64,000 bases of DNA from Eledone cirrhosa. Lineage: Eukaryota. The number at the start of each line of letters is the position of its first letter. Positions within the stretch are counted from its first letter, which is position 1. Below the pieces are notes generated by a model. The model was given only the letters and a program-made list of their open reading frames with translations, was not told the DNA's origin and did not search any database. Location: positions 20,584,001 through 20,648,000 of the forward strand of contig OZ024745.1 of NCBI GenBank assembly GCA_964016885.1, given 5' to 3'. Positions 15,163 to 29,784 of the stretch are shown here, one piece after another. The position numbers and the translations under genes are program-made.

Positions 15163-15562
15163 GAATGGAAAAAATGAAACGAAATTTAATTTCTCACTCT
15201 TAGTACGGTTGTTACTTAAATATAAGTATGTACACGTACATACATATATGTATACAGACGTACAGTAGTATGTATATATATAGATACATGCACACATATA
15301 TATATGTACGTATGGATTTACCGAACATTTATTATAATGCTCGGTGTGTTTGTAAACAAACATCCCGAATTAAGCCGTACAGTGTTTAGCAATCATCGTT
15401 GCCCTTTTGTTCAACACTGAGAAAGGAACGATGTACTAGTTTCAAGCTTATTAGCTATGGCCAGCACCGTATACCTTCCTGCCAGATGATTGAACGTCTG
15501 AAAATATATACTTTCCTTATGCATATTAACGGCTGAGCAGCCTAATTTGCATATCGAGTGAG
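15163..15562 (-). mobile_element. Family A element with an inactivated HHR (15429-15469)
   Basis: Core reads CTGGCCA instead of CTGATGA; rest homologous; abuts the truncated 3' end of the Tx1 LINE. Confidence 0.8.
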
Positions 15563-15624
15563 TGCTCCTTTCTTCCTTTTACTCTCTTCTTTAACCTACA
15601 GGCTTATAAACAGAGAAGGCCGAA

Positions 15625-18600
15625 TCACTCGGGCCTTTTCGCTTCATTCACCCATTTCAGTAAATTTTTAATGGGGTGCAGTGCCTCTCTCTCCACTCTG
15701 ATTCTCCTTCTAAAGTGATACTTAAAGAAGGGAATCAATTGTTGTCCGGAGAGAAAGGCTTCTGTCCTCAGTCCTCTCAATCTCGTCCACCATCTAACTT
15801 CTTTCACCATAGCCACTGTACAGAGGAAAACCGCCTCTCCTTCGTTTTTGAAAGAAGCTGGCGGCTTGATCCTTACTATGGACTCGGCAGTCAACTGGAT
15901 TTGTCCCATACGCGACAGCAGTTGTTCTGCATAGTTCCACAGGTCGGTTACGCCCGGGCAGTGTACAATTGCGTGCAGGACTGTTTCAATGTCCTGCGCA
16001 CATCTTGGACATGTCCTCTTTGAAGGATCCCTGCCGGGGTGTCCGTGCCTGTAGATCTTGTCACGAACCGGTAGAGCTCCTCGGTAGCACTGCCAGGCCA
16101 GGGACCTCTGGAAGTTGTCCATAGGTCCCGGGCGGAAAGTCCTACGAAACAGACTGGTGACCTCGTCGTCTTCCACGCCCAGGGTCTCTCCGAGCACGTC
16201 GTCGTCCTTGTAACGTTCAATCCCTCTATAGAATGTCGAAGTGGAGTCTCCACTGATTGCTGCGCCCGCTTGCCAGAGGACTGTGAGCGCCTGAGCGCAT
16301 TCAATGTGCCAGGCGCCCATGGTTTTCGGTCTTTTCTTGACCCAGGACTGCAGCTCCGCCAGCGAGACGAGCTGTGGGAAAGCCTGTCTCACAAACGGTG
16401 CCCACACCGGTAGGGGGTCGGTGAGGAATACCTGGAGATGCCGCAGCCTCAGCGTATGTTTGCGCATCATCAGCCACGACATTCCCAGCCCTCCGTTGGA
16501 AGGGTGCTGACAGCAGATGGATCTCCTCACCAGCGGAGCCTGGTTCTTCCACAGAAGCTGGAAGAGCATGCGTTCCATCTTGGCGAGGTGTTCACGGGGA
16601 CAAGGCACGACAGTTAAGCGGTAGTAGATGACGGACGCTATGAAATTCTTCGCCACCTCCGCTCGACTTTTCAAGGACAGTTTGCACTCTGCCCACTTCT
16701 GGATGAGCGCAAACACCTTTACCGTGACCTCGTTCCAGTTTTTCTCCAGTTTTCTCCAGTTTTTCTCCACCTGGAGGTCTGGACCGAACCAGACCCCGAG
16801 CAATTTCACCGGTCCGTCCGCCCAGCGTCCAACGACGTTGTCGGACGTCATCGGTTTGCCTCTCCAGGTACCGAGCAAACCGACAGACGGGTTTAGTTTT
16901 GGTCCCGTCAGCGTTTCGTACTCTTTCAGTAAGTTGCCGATCACCCCGATTTCCGAGGTGCTCGACACCATTACCGTCACGTCGTCGGCCCAAGCCGACA
17001 CCGCTTTGCGCAGTCCCGGTTATAGAGGGATGCCCTGCAACAACTCCAATTTCCGCAGTAGTGGCTCTAGAGTCAATACATACAGAATGGAGGGGAGAGG
17101 GCACCCCTGTCGAATGGAACGCGTGATTGCGAACGGCTCCGATAGGTAGCCGTTCACCTTGACCCTCGAGCAGATTCTGGTGTTTCATCGCCTCGATCCA
17201 GCCTCTGAAACGGGACCGAAACCGGCCGTCTTGAGAACAGCTTCCAAGTATCGATGGTCGACCCTATCGAATGCCTTAGACCGATCCAAATTGATCAGAG
17301 CCCCACCGAAGCCGGGTTTACTACCCACCCTCTCTATGATGTATCGCATGAGGTGGAAGTTGTCGTATATGGACCTGGTCGGGATTGCACACGTTTGCGC
17401 TTTCCCTACCAGGTTCTCGAGGACAGGCGCCAACCTCGTCGCTAGCACCTTGGCCAAAATCTTTAACTCTGTGTTGAGCAGAGTTATGGGCCTGAAGTTG
17501 TTGATTTCGTCCCCCTTTTTCTCGTCTTTCCTGATCAGCGTTACTACGCCCTTGCCTGCAGAACTAGGAATTCTCCTGTTCTGCTGCCAATTGCAGTAGA
17601 CGGCTTCGAGGACGCCAGAGAACAAATCCGGCATGCCTATGTAAAACTCATAGGGTAGACCATCTAGACCTGGTGACTTGCGTTTCCCGCAGCGGCCCAG
17701 AGCGTCCCGTATCTCAGTGTCCGTGATCGGTCTTTCGCAGAACTCAGCGTCCGCGTTCGAGAGACGCGGCAGGCCGTCGAGGTATGAACTAAAGTCCATT
17801 ACCCCGTTCGGCTCACCGTCGTTCTGCTCAAACAGTCACGCAAAGTGCTGCTGAAAGGCCGCGCACACCTGCTTGGGGTCAAGTAGCACGAGTCCGTTTT
17901 GGTCTTTCAAAGACCGAATTGTTGACTTGTTGACACTTTTTGCCTCCGCCACTCAGGCCCAGCTGAGAGCTTTCGCTCCTTCGTTTCCTAGAGCACGTGT
18001 TTTGCTTCTGACCACGCAGCCTTCGTGTTTCGCGTCGAAGAACTGGTCTAGTGCCGTTCTCGGCGCTAACACTCTAGCCGCGTTGCCACTTCTGAGTGCC
18101 TCCTACCTTGGTTAATAGTTATCTTTCTATTTTGTTTTTCTCAAGGGCTAACTCTCTGCTAAACTCTTTCGATTCTATTCTAATTGCTTTCTTGAGAGAG
18201 TACCACCATCTATTGTTGACGATGGCTCCCGTTAACTGTTGCTTGAATAGTCTACTTATCCGTTCACTGTAAGCTTTACGTGCCGGTAACGACACGTTCA
18301 GCTTCCAGTATCCGGGTCCCTGTCTATGTATTATATCACGGTTGACTAAGCAGACGACTAATTTGTGATCTGAGTAGGCAACCATGTGCATTCGTGGACA
18401 GCTTAACATCTCCTTGTACCTTTCTCTAATGAAGAACCTATCTAAATAAGATCTAGATGTCCCGCTGCAGTTTGCCCACGTCCACTGTATAGCTGTCTGA
18501 CGGGAAATCCAGTCGATACCTATCGGCCAGTTGGAATTGGCCGATTAAAGTTTTGAGGCTGTTGCACCCCCCTCTACTGGGACATGCTCCCACATAGTCC

Positions 18601-19055
18601 CATCGTGCAGCTAGGATACCATTCCAGTCCCCCACTAAAAGTGAGGAGCGAGACGTTCCCAGAAAAAAACTCTAGACGCTTAAAGAAGTCTGGCCGTGAT
18701 GCGATTGCCCGGTCGGAGCATAAACGGCCACCAGTCTGAAGGCTCCACCTCCAATACTGTTCACGTCTAGGACTACCAGTCTACCCTCCGGGTCCAAGTG
18801 TACTTGTTGTACTTCGACCTCCAGGTTCTTCCGAAACATGACAGCTACTCCCCCTCCACCTCCTGACTGACAGAGAGATGCGTAGATCTCAAAGTCGTCG
18901 AAGATGGGGGTTAGTTGCTGCCTGTTGTGGATCCTGGACTCGGTAATGGCTATCACATCCATACCGTGTGACCTAAGGTCGTTTAAAAGTTGACCCTGTT
19001 TCCAGGGCATCCCTAGGCCTCGTACATTCACGATTCCAACTCGTAAACTAGCCAT
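15625..19055 (-). pseudogene. Tx1 ORF2 (APE endonuclease - reverse transcriptase - CCHC), frameshifted
   Basis: MASLRVGIVNVRGL, DVIAITES, VAVYAP, GDWN, SDHKLV, GPGYWKLN, KSPGLDGLPYEFY, NFRPITLLNTELKILAK, LDRSKAFDRVDH, SAWADD, KLLGVWF, CPRC..ETVLHAIVHC, spread over five ORF pieces. Confidence 0.92.
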
Positions 19056-19781
19056 GTTGGTGGAGAAGAGTTGGCGAAAAAGGACGAAAAGGTGCACTTA
19101 CCTTTTCGTTTCCTGGAGAATGGTTGTTCAATCTCCATTTGGGTGCTGGATGGGGTGTTGGGTGGGGTGGCGAAACATTTTAATAGGACGCGGTTGATGG
19201 GTTTCTGGAAGGGGTTGCCCACACCTGCGAAAATTTATTTTTCAGGTCACTATAGGTCTCCATAGAAACCCTTATATGTTTAAGGTGTGGAGGCGATTCT
19301 GCTTTGACGAAAGTTTTGCTCTCCGTGTCCACCTTGGGGTTTTTAGAGATGACCTCCATCAAACTCTTGTTGTTTGTGTTGATGTATGCATATTGTTGTT
19401 TGTGTTTTTGTTGTGTTGTTTTAGTTTGTTGTTCGTTCGGGAATTTTCTTTTTATGGTGGGTGCTTGTGTTTGGGGTGGTGTTGGGCTTGCTGGTAGGGG
19501 GATGTTTGACTGTGGTGTTGTTTGTGTTGTTGTTTGTGTCTGTGGTTGTGTGTTGGTGTTGGTGATTCGAGTTTTGGCGGTTTTGTGGTGTCTCTTTTTT
19601 TGTTTTTTAGATTTCCGACGCTCTCCTTCTTCTTCACTTAAAGAAGGAGAAGCAGCCTCATCTGTCGATGAATAATCATCGTCAGGTGTGTGGGGTAGGG
19701 GTATGTTGTGTGGTGGTGGTGTTTCGGTGTGTGTGTTCGTGGTAGTGTTTGATGGAGTGGGATGAGGTGGGGCTGTGTTCT

Positions 19782-20993
19782 TCAGGGGTGTAGTCTGTGT
19801 TTTTTCTGTTGTTGGTTGAGTCGCTGTTTGTTTTGGTGTGTTTGCTCGTTTCGTCTGTTGTTGTACTTGTGGAGGTGGTTGTTTTGGTGGGTGTCGGCAA
19901 TAGTGTTTTTTTTAATAATGTTGTGGTGTGTTTGTGAAGGACAGGAGGCCTTTAGGTGTGCTGTGCTACCACTGTGAAAGCAATGAAGTTTTCGACCCTC
20001 CACCGTAATCTTTATTTTGTTGTCGTCGATGACGACTTTTTCGGGTATTTTGGAGATTCTCTCCAGCCTCATTTGAATCAGAATCGCCAAATCAGTACCC
20101 GCCCACCTTTGTCTAATAGACTTTCGTATCGAAAGAATCATATCAGTCTCTGGCTCTACGAAGCCAGCCAAGATCCACCAGATGTTAATGTTTGGTGGTA
20201 TACTTTTTATTTTTATTTTTTGTGTCCTTTTTCCCATGTACGTAGGGAAAAAGGTGAATGCTTTTGACACCATTGGTGTCACAGTATGTTTTGGGGCGAG
20301 TGCCTCGCTTTTAAACAGTACGGGAACACTTTCGTACTGTTTTCCTCGTTGGAGAAAGTCAATATTTGCTAGAGTTTCCTTGAAGCTAGCTTCTATATCT
20401 GCTTGACTAACAAATATCGGCTTTCTCGTTGTGTTGGAGACACTCCTAAAGGTCACTGTCCTTCGAACTGTCGCTTTTTTTATTTCGAGGGGTGAGTTAA
20501 TTCTAAACCCACCCTTGTCTTCGAAAGTCACAAATTTTCTTCCTTGCTGGAGCATATCTCTTGCATTGGAGATGTCAAGATTTATAAAATCTTGCTTTTT
20601 GTTCACTGTTTCAGCGAAAGACATTTTTTTGTGTGGTGTTGCTGTTGTTGTTGTTGTTGTTTTCGTTGTTAGCCTCGGTGTTGGAAATATCAGTTCCTTG
20701 ACGAGGTGAAACTTTATGTGTAGATGTATCTGTGGAGTTGTTGATGTTGTCTTTTTCATGTGTATGTATGTTAATAGGTTTAATTCCTGTGTTTTCCTGT
20801 GTGTTATTGTTATTTTTTTCCGCTTCGACGGTAGAAATTTTAAAATCTTCAAGTGGTAATATTTGTTCTCTTTGTTGACAGTCGTATCTATGGCGACGTC
20901 CATAGTAGCAGAAGCAGCTATAACGTTAATATCTGCCTCTCTACTTCTCTTCTCTCTCTCCACGCTCTCTAGCATTCTTTCCGAGCTATTCAT
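19782..20993 (-). pseudogene. Tx1 ORF1 (gag-like, with zinc knuckle)
   Basis: SFAETV motif, RRM-like region, VEGRKLHCFHSGSTAHLKASC (degenerate CCHC); upstream of ORF2. Confidence 0.75.
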
Positions 20994-21220
20994 GTTTTAT
21001 AGTTTGCAAAATTTGATATGTTAAAACAATTTTTAATTTAAATTTTCGCCCCTAAAGGGGCGAAAAATGGGATTACCACCCAGCTGACAATTCAGCTTGG
21101 GGGTTAATCTAGAAAATGATGTGTTTTTTCAAACAATTATTTCGGTTTTTTGCATAGAAATTAACAAAAAAGCTTACCGGCGATGTTTCACGCGTCAGGC
21201 AGATAAAGAGATAGATATGT

Positions 21221-21520
21221 TTCTTTATTAGCCACAGGGGCACAAAAGAAGGGGACAAATACAAAGGGGGAAGTTTACATACAATAAAAACGTGTAAAAT
21301 ATTATCACAAATGCAATTTAAAAAATTAGTCGATTTTCCCCAATAGGGAGAGACAGTTCATATGGGTAACACATACCCCCGAAAAATGTGCAACCCTCAT
21401 CTCCAGGAGTACGAAGAATTTGTACCCCTTTCATGTCTTCCTCTTTTTCCTCAACCTACAGGCTCATATAGAGAGAAGGCCCATTCACTCGGGCCATTCT
21501 CGCCACTTTCACCCACCTTT
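21221..21520 (-). mobile_element. 5'-truncated Tx1 copy with 18-bp TSD
   Basis: Homologous to the ORF2 end (15590-15660); minus strand ends GGCTAATAAAGAA; CAGATAAAGAGATAGATA at 21200-21217 and 21521-21538. Confidence 0.85.
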
Positions 21521-21556
21521 CAGATAAAGAGATAGATAGAAATATAGAGAGACGGT

Positions 21557-21598
<42 letters not shown>

Positions 21599-21603
21599 TA
21601 CAT

Positions 21604-21945
21604 TTCTTTATTAGCCACAAGGGCACAAAAGAAGGGACAAATACAAATGGGGAGTTTACATACAGGTATATGAAAATAAAACTATTAATAACATAACAAA
21701 TAACAATTGAAATCCCCAATAGGAGGGAGGCGTTACACAGGGGTTGTACACACCCCGAAAAAATGTACAACCCTCATCTCCAGGAGCTCCAAGAGTGAGC
21801 ACTCCGTTCCTCTCTTTCTCCTTTTCCTCAACCTACAGGCTTATAAAGAGAGAAGGCCCAACCACTCGGGCCATCTTTGCCACATTCACCCACCTTTTAT
21901 AGAATTTGCTGGGGTACAGCACCTCTCTCTCCATCCTGATTCTTC
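21604..21945 (-). mobile_element. Second 5'-truncated Tx1 copy with 18-bp TSD
   Basis: Same 3' UTR; TATATATATATATAGATA at 21583-21600 and 21946-21963 (low complexity). Confidence 0.8.
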
Positions 21946-22016
21946 TATATATATATATAGATAGATAAATAGATAGATAGATAGATAGATAGATAAATAG
22001 AAAGATAGATAGACGG

Positions 22017-23003
<987 letters not shown>

Positions 23004-23026
23004 TAGATAGATAGTAGATAGACGGT

Positions 23027-23066
<40 letters not shown>

Positions 23067-23092
23067 TAGATAGATAGATAGTAGATAGACGG

Positions 23093-23189
<97 letters not shown>

Positions 23190-23614
23190 TATACATATAT
23201 ATATACACATATATATATAGATATAGAGATAGATAGATAGGTAGATAGATAGATCAGTGAGAAATAATCCGGCAACTATATAGTAAAACCAAAAATAATA
23301 AATTGGTCGTCAGATGGTTAATCGTGCAGAAAATACTTTACTTTTTTTTGTATTTCTTCTGACATTTGTTTGATTATTTTTTTTTATTGAACTTCTGTCT
23401 TTTTTATTTTTCTTGTTTTATACTGTTGCGTATGTATGTATTTATGCCTGACTGTATGTATGTATGTATGTATGTATGTATGTATGTATGTATGTATGTA
23501 TGTATGTATGTATGTATGTATGTATGTATGTATGTATGTATGCGTGTATGTATATATATAAATGTATACATGCATATATCTATTTATGTATGTATGCACA
23601 TATTTATGTATGTG

Positions 23615-23661
<47 letters not shown>

Positions 23662-23698
23662 CATATAGACATATATATATATATACAGATATATATAT

Positions 23699-23766
<68 letters not shown>

Positions 23767-24244
23767 GTATATGTGTATATATATATGTATATATATATAT
23801 ATATATATATACATATATATATAATACACGCACGCACACATGTATATATATAAATATCAAACCTCCTTTCTCTCTTTCTCTTTCTCTCTCTCTCTCTATA
23901 TATATATCTCTCTCTCTCTCTGTATATATACATATATATATAGTGTAAATGTACAGATAGATTTGCTATATGGGTTTCGGGTTTAACGGGTAACACATAA
24001 AAAGTATACAACATAAAGAAGTAAAGCGAATGGAAATACGGCGAATGTTATTGAGTGAAAAGAAAGAAAGACACAGCGCAAAATATCTAAAACATATAAA
24101 ATAGTGATATTGTTAGAAACGGAAAGAAAAAAACATAAACACAACTACAATAAAAGGCGCAAAAAAGAAATCATGAAAGCAAAAAAATATCAGCAACGAA
24201 AATAAATAACTATATATATGTCTCTCTCTCTCTCTCCCTATCAC

Positions 24245-24321
<77 letters not shown>

Positions 24322-24388
24322 TTTATATATTATATAAATATACATATACATGTATATATATATATATATATACATGCATATATATACG

Positions 24389-24434
<46 letters not shown>

Positions 24435-24448
24435 AATATATATATATA

Positions 24449-24505
<57 letters not shown>

Positions 24506-24518
24506 ATATATATATATG

Positions 24519-24549
<31 letters not shown>

Positions 24550-24556
24550 GCATATA

Positions 24557-24619
<63 letters not shown>

Positions 24620-24620
24620 A

Positions 24621-24660
<40 letters not shown>

Positions 24661-24664
24661 TATA

Positions 24665-24744
<80 letters not shown>

Positions 24745-24879
24745 CCAGTAGTAAAAAAGAGTTTTATCCAACAGTAGCACCATCACCACTACCGTCACCG
24801 CTAACCTCGCCAATACCATTGAGGCACCATTACTATAAGCATCATGGCCGCTTGTCGATTATCAGTATCGTCTGATAAT

Positions 24880-25718
24880 CAACACAACCACCACCACCAC
24901 CACCACCATCACCAGCAACACCACCACCACCACCACTAGCTCTATCAACATCATCACCACTACTATTACCATCACAGTCCGACGCTATTTTCTATCGCCT
25001 TCTTTGCTTGCCGCCATTCACAGTCACCTTCCCCACCGCTATAATATGAAAATAATCAGCAGTATCAACACTAAACCCTCTATTACACCACTATACCCTC
25101 CCCACCACTAATACTGCCACCATCACAATTACTAATTCCTCTACCACCACCATCATCCCCAACACCACTAACAGCAACAATAACATCACCACCACCATCT
25201 CCAACACCACTGCAGTCTCTCCAACTCCACCACCACCTTCATCACCACTACAGTCTCCTCTCCTTCGTCACCAACACCACTAACAACAACATCAATAACA
25301 TCACCACCACCTCCATTACCACTACAGTCTCTCCATCGCCACCATCTTTCCACGTAAGAACCACGCCGCCACCAACTCTATTACCGACGTCTACATACCC
25401 CACAAACACCATCTCTGTATCCACTCCATTGCTATTACCTAATACACCCCCTCCCTCCACCCACAATATCCATACCACCCTCTACATTACCCCCACCCCT
25501 ACACCCCCATTGTCGCCATCACGAAAATGGTTTCACCATCGCATTCATACCATCAAACAATAAGAAACCACCGTTATCACCACCATCACTACCAACATCC
25601 CCACCATCACCAATATTACCCCCCCCCCACCAACATCACCACCATCACCATCACCGCCACCACCACCACTACCGCCATCCACTACCCCCCATCCACTACC
25701 ACCACCACCACCACCATA
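24880..25718. repeat. Old degenerate (ACC)n low-complexity region
   Basis: C/A-rich triplet runs. Confidence 0.7.
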
Positions 25719-25827
25719 GTTAGGGGAGATCTTCGATCGATAAGAAAACAGAAGAATGGAATTATAAGACGCAATATAAACAGAGAAGTATATATATAGA
25801 GAGAGAGATGGATAGAGAGAGAGAGAT

Positions 25828-25875
<48 letters not shown>

Positions 25876-26084
25876 GGGGAGAGACAGAGAGATTGGGAGA
25901 GAAATATTGGTAGTCTTTGTGAATGAGAAAAGTAGAGAGTAGTGTGATAGGTCGATAATGGTATATATATACACACGTATATTTATATGTATATGTATAC
26001 ATATATATAGGTATTCATTTATTTGCATTCCAGCCACGGGGCTGAGGTCATGCTGGGGCACCACCTCCATATATCACAGAAAAA

Positions 26085-26240
26085 AAGAGAATCAGTGTTG
26101 CGACGAATGGAATTTATTGGATATATTACAATCGTTTCTCTGGCGACCAGTTCGAGGCACGATCGATTTGATGATCGAACCTGATTCTGAAAATTGCAAG
26201 GTCCTCAGATACGTCTTGATTCTACAAAGCAGATTTTCCA
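26085..26240 (-). mobile_element. Diverged family F copy with HHR 3' half
   Basis: Minus: CAGAATCAG..GATCGTGCCTCGAACTGGTCGCCAGA-GAA-ACGATTGT-A-ATATATCC-AATAAA aligns with 6865-6960. Confidence 0.6.
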
Positions 26241-26465
26241 ATTATATATATATATATATATATATATAGATATGGGAAAATGTTTGACCCCGACGGCAGA
26301 GCTCAAGCCGTTTCGACGGCTATTTCTGGACTACAGAAATAGCCGCCGAAACGGCTTGAGCTCTGCCGTCGGGGTCAAACATTTTCCTATTACTCACTCT
26401 ACTACCCTAAGTGTTGAGTACTCTGGTGCGTTATGGTCTATCTGTTCCTTACCACACCTCCTTCG

Positions 26466-26505
<40 letters not shown>

Positions 26506-26645
26506 AGTTTATGTTGGTTGTATACCACACCTCAGTATGCAGGCTGGAGCACTCGACGAAGTGCGCAGGTTGGTTTGGTTACTCCGGAGTAGTGTAAAAT
26601 AAAGTTAAATAAAAGTCAAATGATTAAAATTTAGCTTCGTTTATT

Positions 26646-26700
26646 ACTGCTATATATATTTCAGTGACAGCCATCTTTGGCTGTGACCTCTTCAGGCAGT
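26646..26700 (-). ncRNA. Type I hammerhead (mirror of 27044-27098)
   Basis: Reverse complement of the plus-strand motif. Confidence 0.85.
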
Positions 26701-27043
26701 TTGAATTAGTATGGTATAGACAAGTACATATGTTGTTTAGGTGTATACTATTGTCAATACTCTGATATGCCCAGTTCCTTGTTGGGTTGTTAATTCACTG
26801 AGGAACTGGAGTCATATGAATTCAAACAAACGAATTTCAGTGTCAAAGGTCCCCTTCTCCTCTCATTGGTCAGTTATTAGAACATTCCTCATTCTACGTG
26901 TTGTTATTGTTGGAGTTAGCTTAAACATTGATAAAATAGTAGAAGGGACAAGGTGTTAAAGGAACAAAATAACAGAAAAAGTGTCAAACTTCCCAGGGAA
27001 GTTTGACACTTTTTCTATACCATACTATACCATACTAATTCAA

Positions 27044-27098
27044 ACTGCCTGAAGAGGTCACAGCCAAAGATGGCTGTCACTGAAATATATATAGCAGT
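27044..27098 (+). ncRNA. Type I hammerhead followed by AATAAA
   Basis: ACTGC-CTGAAGA-GGTC ACAGCCA aaga TGGCTGT CACT-GAA-ATATATAT-A-GCAGT-AATAAA. Confidence 0.85.
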
Positions 27099-27189
27099 AA
27101 TAAACGAAGCTAAATTTTAATCATTTGACTTTTATTTAACTTTATTTTATATATATATATATATATTTATGTATATATATATATGTATA

Positions 27190-27296
<107 letters not shown>

Positions 27297-27422
27297 TGTG
27301 TATGTATGTATGTATGTATGTATGTATGGTATGTATGCGAAAAGAAAATATCAACAACAAAGAAGACAACATATTTCAATGAGGAAATATATTAGTTTAG
27401 CGCTTGATATAGTAGTGAAATA

Positions 27423-27461
27423 ATCTTTTACGTTTCGGACACTAGTCCTTCATCAGAAGAT
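27423..27461 (-). ncRNA. Minimal hammerhead variant (CUGAUGAA, ACGT stem III)
   Basis: Minus: ATCTT-CTGATGAA-GGAC tagt GTCC-GAAACGTAA-AAGAT. Confidence 0.8.
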
Positions 27462-27669
27462 AGAATAAGAAATAAGAGATGAAATAGAAAGATAGAAAGT
27501 GAGAAGAGGAAGGAACAGAAAAAAATTATTTAAGACAAAATCACGTGTGTTTTGCTTATATATTGACTGAATACGTTGTTTTTTTTTCTCTCCATTTTTT
27601 TTTCTCATTTCCACCTGTTCCTTCCTCTTATCACCCTTTACTTTCTATTTATCTTCTGTTTCTAACGCT

Positions 27670-27706
27670 ATCTTCTGATGAAGGACTAGTGTCCGAAACG
27701 TTGGGA
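27670..27706 (+). ncRNA. Minimal hammerhead variant, inverted partner of 27423
   Basis: ATCTT-CTGATGAA-GGAC tagt GTCC-GAAACGTT-GGGA. Confidence 0.8.
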
Positions 27707-27919
27707 CTCTTTTCATGCCTTTTCAAGCGTGAAACTAATATATTTCTTCATTGTACTGTGTCGTTTGTTATGTTACTTTTGTTATTTCTGTTTACCTTTT
27801 GTGTGTGTGTGGGGGTGGGGTGGGGGTGGGGTGGGTGGGGGTAGGCGTTTATGTTTAAGTTTTAAAACAGGAATATATAACTATTCATCTCAGAAATACT
27901 GTATACATATTTATATTTT

Positions 27920-29020
27920 CTGTGGCTCTTTCCATCCTCTTCAAATCCCGCCGAGGTTAACTTTGTCTTTCAGTCATTTGGAATCGATAAAATAAAGTAC
28001 CACTCAAGTAATAGAATCGTTATAATCGATTTCCTCCCTCCCTAAATTGCTGGCCTTTTTCCTAAATTAGAAGTCATTATAACTATTTTGATTGAGTGGG
28101 AAGTACAACCCAGGCGAGCCAATCCCTTTGGTGCTGTTTCAAATCTCAGTTAAAGCTAATTCCCTTCATTGCATTACACTTCACTTGACTTCAATTTACA
28201 TCAATTACATCATCTAACGATTGAAACATTTTTGAACGGCATATATTTCTAGTATGTACTATTCCTTAAAATATAACGACTTTTGTAGGTTGCTCTTCAT
28301 ACACCATATCATAAGAAAACATTATAATTATTATAATTTAATGACTGTAATATTAACAGATATACCATCCACCCGATATTTAGAAAGCAGTATAGTTGAT
28401 CTCTTAAGGCGGTGGTTTGGTAGTATCGGTAGAGTGGCCCTTTGCGTTCTGAGTTCAAATCCGCCGAGGTTAACTTTGCCTTTCATCCTTATGATGTCGA
28501 GAAAATAAAGTATCAGTGATGCACTAGGGTAATCGCTGGTCTTGTGCCAAAAGTAGAAACTATAGTTGATCTCTTATGACTTACTGCATGAAATTGCAAC
28601 ACAATTCACAGCGGATTTGATGACGGGTCAGCTAGAAAGCTTGGCTGAGCAGGTTGGTATAGATGCTTTAAGTTACCTATATGGAATCTTATGTGTTCCG
28701 GGTTCAAATCCCAGGAGGGTCGTCAAAGCTTATTTTGTTTATGTTTAATTTATAAAATATATAAAATTAATACAGACGCTTAACTAAATCGTTATTTATA
28801 TTTCAGTTACAAAATATTTGACATTGGCATACAGGCAAAAGAATGAATTCTTGATAGACTATTGAACTATTAAGGCGTTATAACGTTGGCGTTATAACGT
28901 TGGCTTTAAGGTTCTCATTCCAGGTCTCTAATCTCTGAATTGAAATCCAATCGAGGTCGTCTTTGCCTTCCATACTTTCGAGGTCGATAAAAAATTACCA
29001 GTCAAGTACTGGGGTCGATT
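27920..29020 (+). mobile_element. Cluster of diverged Nin/Deu-domain SINEs (~27920-28075, 28407-28560, 28610-28760, 28900-29020)
   Basis: Repeated GTTCAAATCC..GAGGT..CTTTGCCTTTCATCC..GTCGATAAAA motifs. Confidence 0.7.
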
Positions 29021-29482
29021 CTTCCTCTGTATCTCTCTCACTTCCTCTCTCTCACTTTTTATCCTTCTTTGGAGGAAATCTGCTATGTTCAGACTTGGAG
29101 AAGAGATAGACTCCGCCGGGCTTAAAATGCCGAAGTAAGGCCATATGCCACAACGACGACGACGACGACCCTACGACTCCATCAGGAGTTACGGGACCAT
29201 ACTATTCAAATATTCACTGTGTCGAGTCCACTGTTTATCTGTGCATGCTCCCGTAACTTCCGAGGGAGTCATAGGAGCACCGTATTGACATACAGAATTT
29301 CTCGGGCATTTTTTAACCTGGCGGAGCACATCTCAGCTCCAGGTGTGAATACAGCAAATTTCCCCCAGAGAAAGATAGAGAATAAGAAAGTGGAAGCAAA
29401 ATAGATATACAGAGGAAACACCGACACCAATACCTTACTGGTACATTTTTTATCGACCGCGAATGGATGAAAAGCAATGTTG

Positions 29483-29513
<31 letters not shown>

Positions 29514-29533
29514 CTTCTTCTTCTTCTTCTTCT

Positions 29534-29601
<68 letters not shown>

Positions 29602-29713
29602 ATTTTAACTTTCATTCATATTCTCTATTTTCTCTAACCCCCTCTCACCAATCATACTATATTTCTCATCCTTTCTTTTATTTATTTATATTCATAGATA
29701 TATACATACTACG

Positions 29714-29781
<68 letters not shown>

Positions 29782-29784
<3 letters not shown>

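Larger units (their letters stand above)
15563..21199 (-). mobile_element. Tx1/L1-clade non-LTR retrotransposon, near full length, decayed; 3' UTR truncated
   Basis: ORF1 + APE + RT + C-terminal Zn motif in order; homologous 3' ends at 21221-21945. Confidence 0.9.
26500..27150. mobile_element. Penelope-like pseudo-LTR fold-back with an inverted HHR pair
   Basis: 26596-26719 is the reverse complement of 27025-27149; snap-back hairpin at 26974-27015; (AT)n flanks. Confidence 0.8.
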
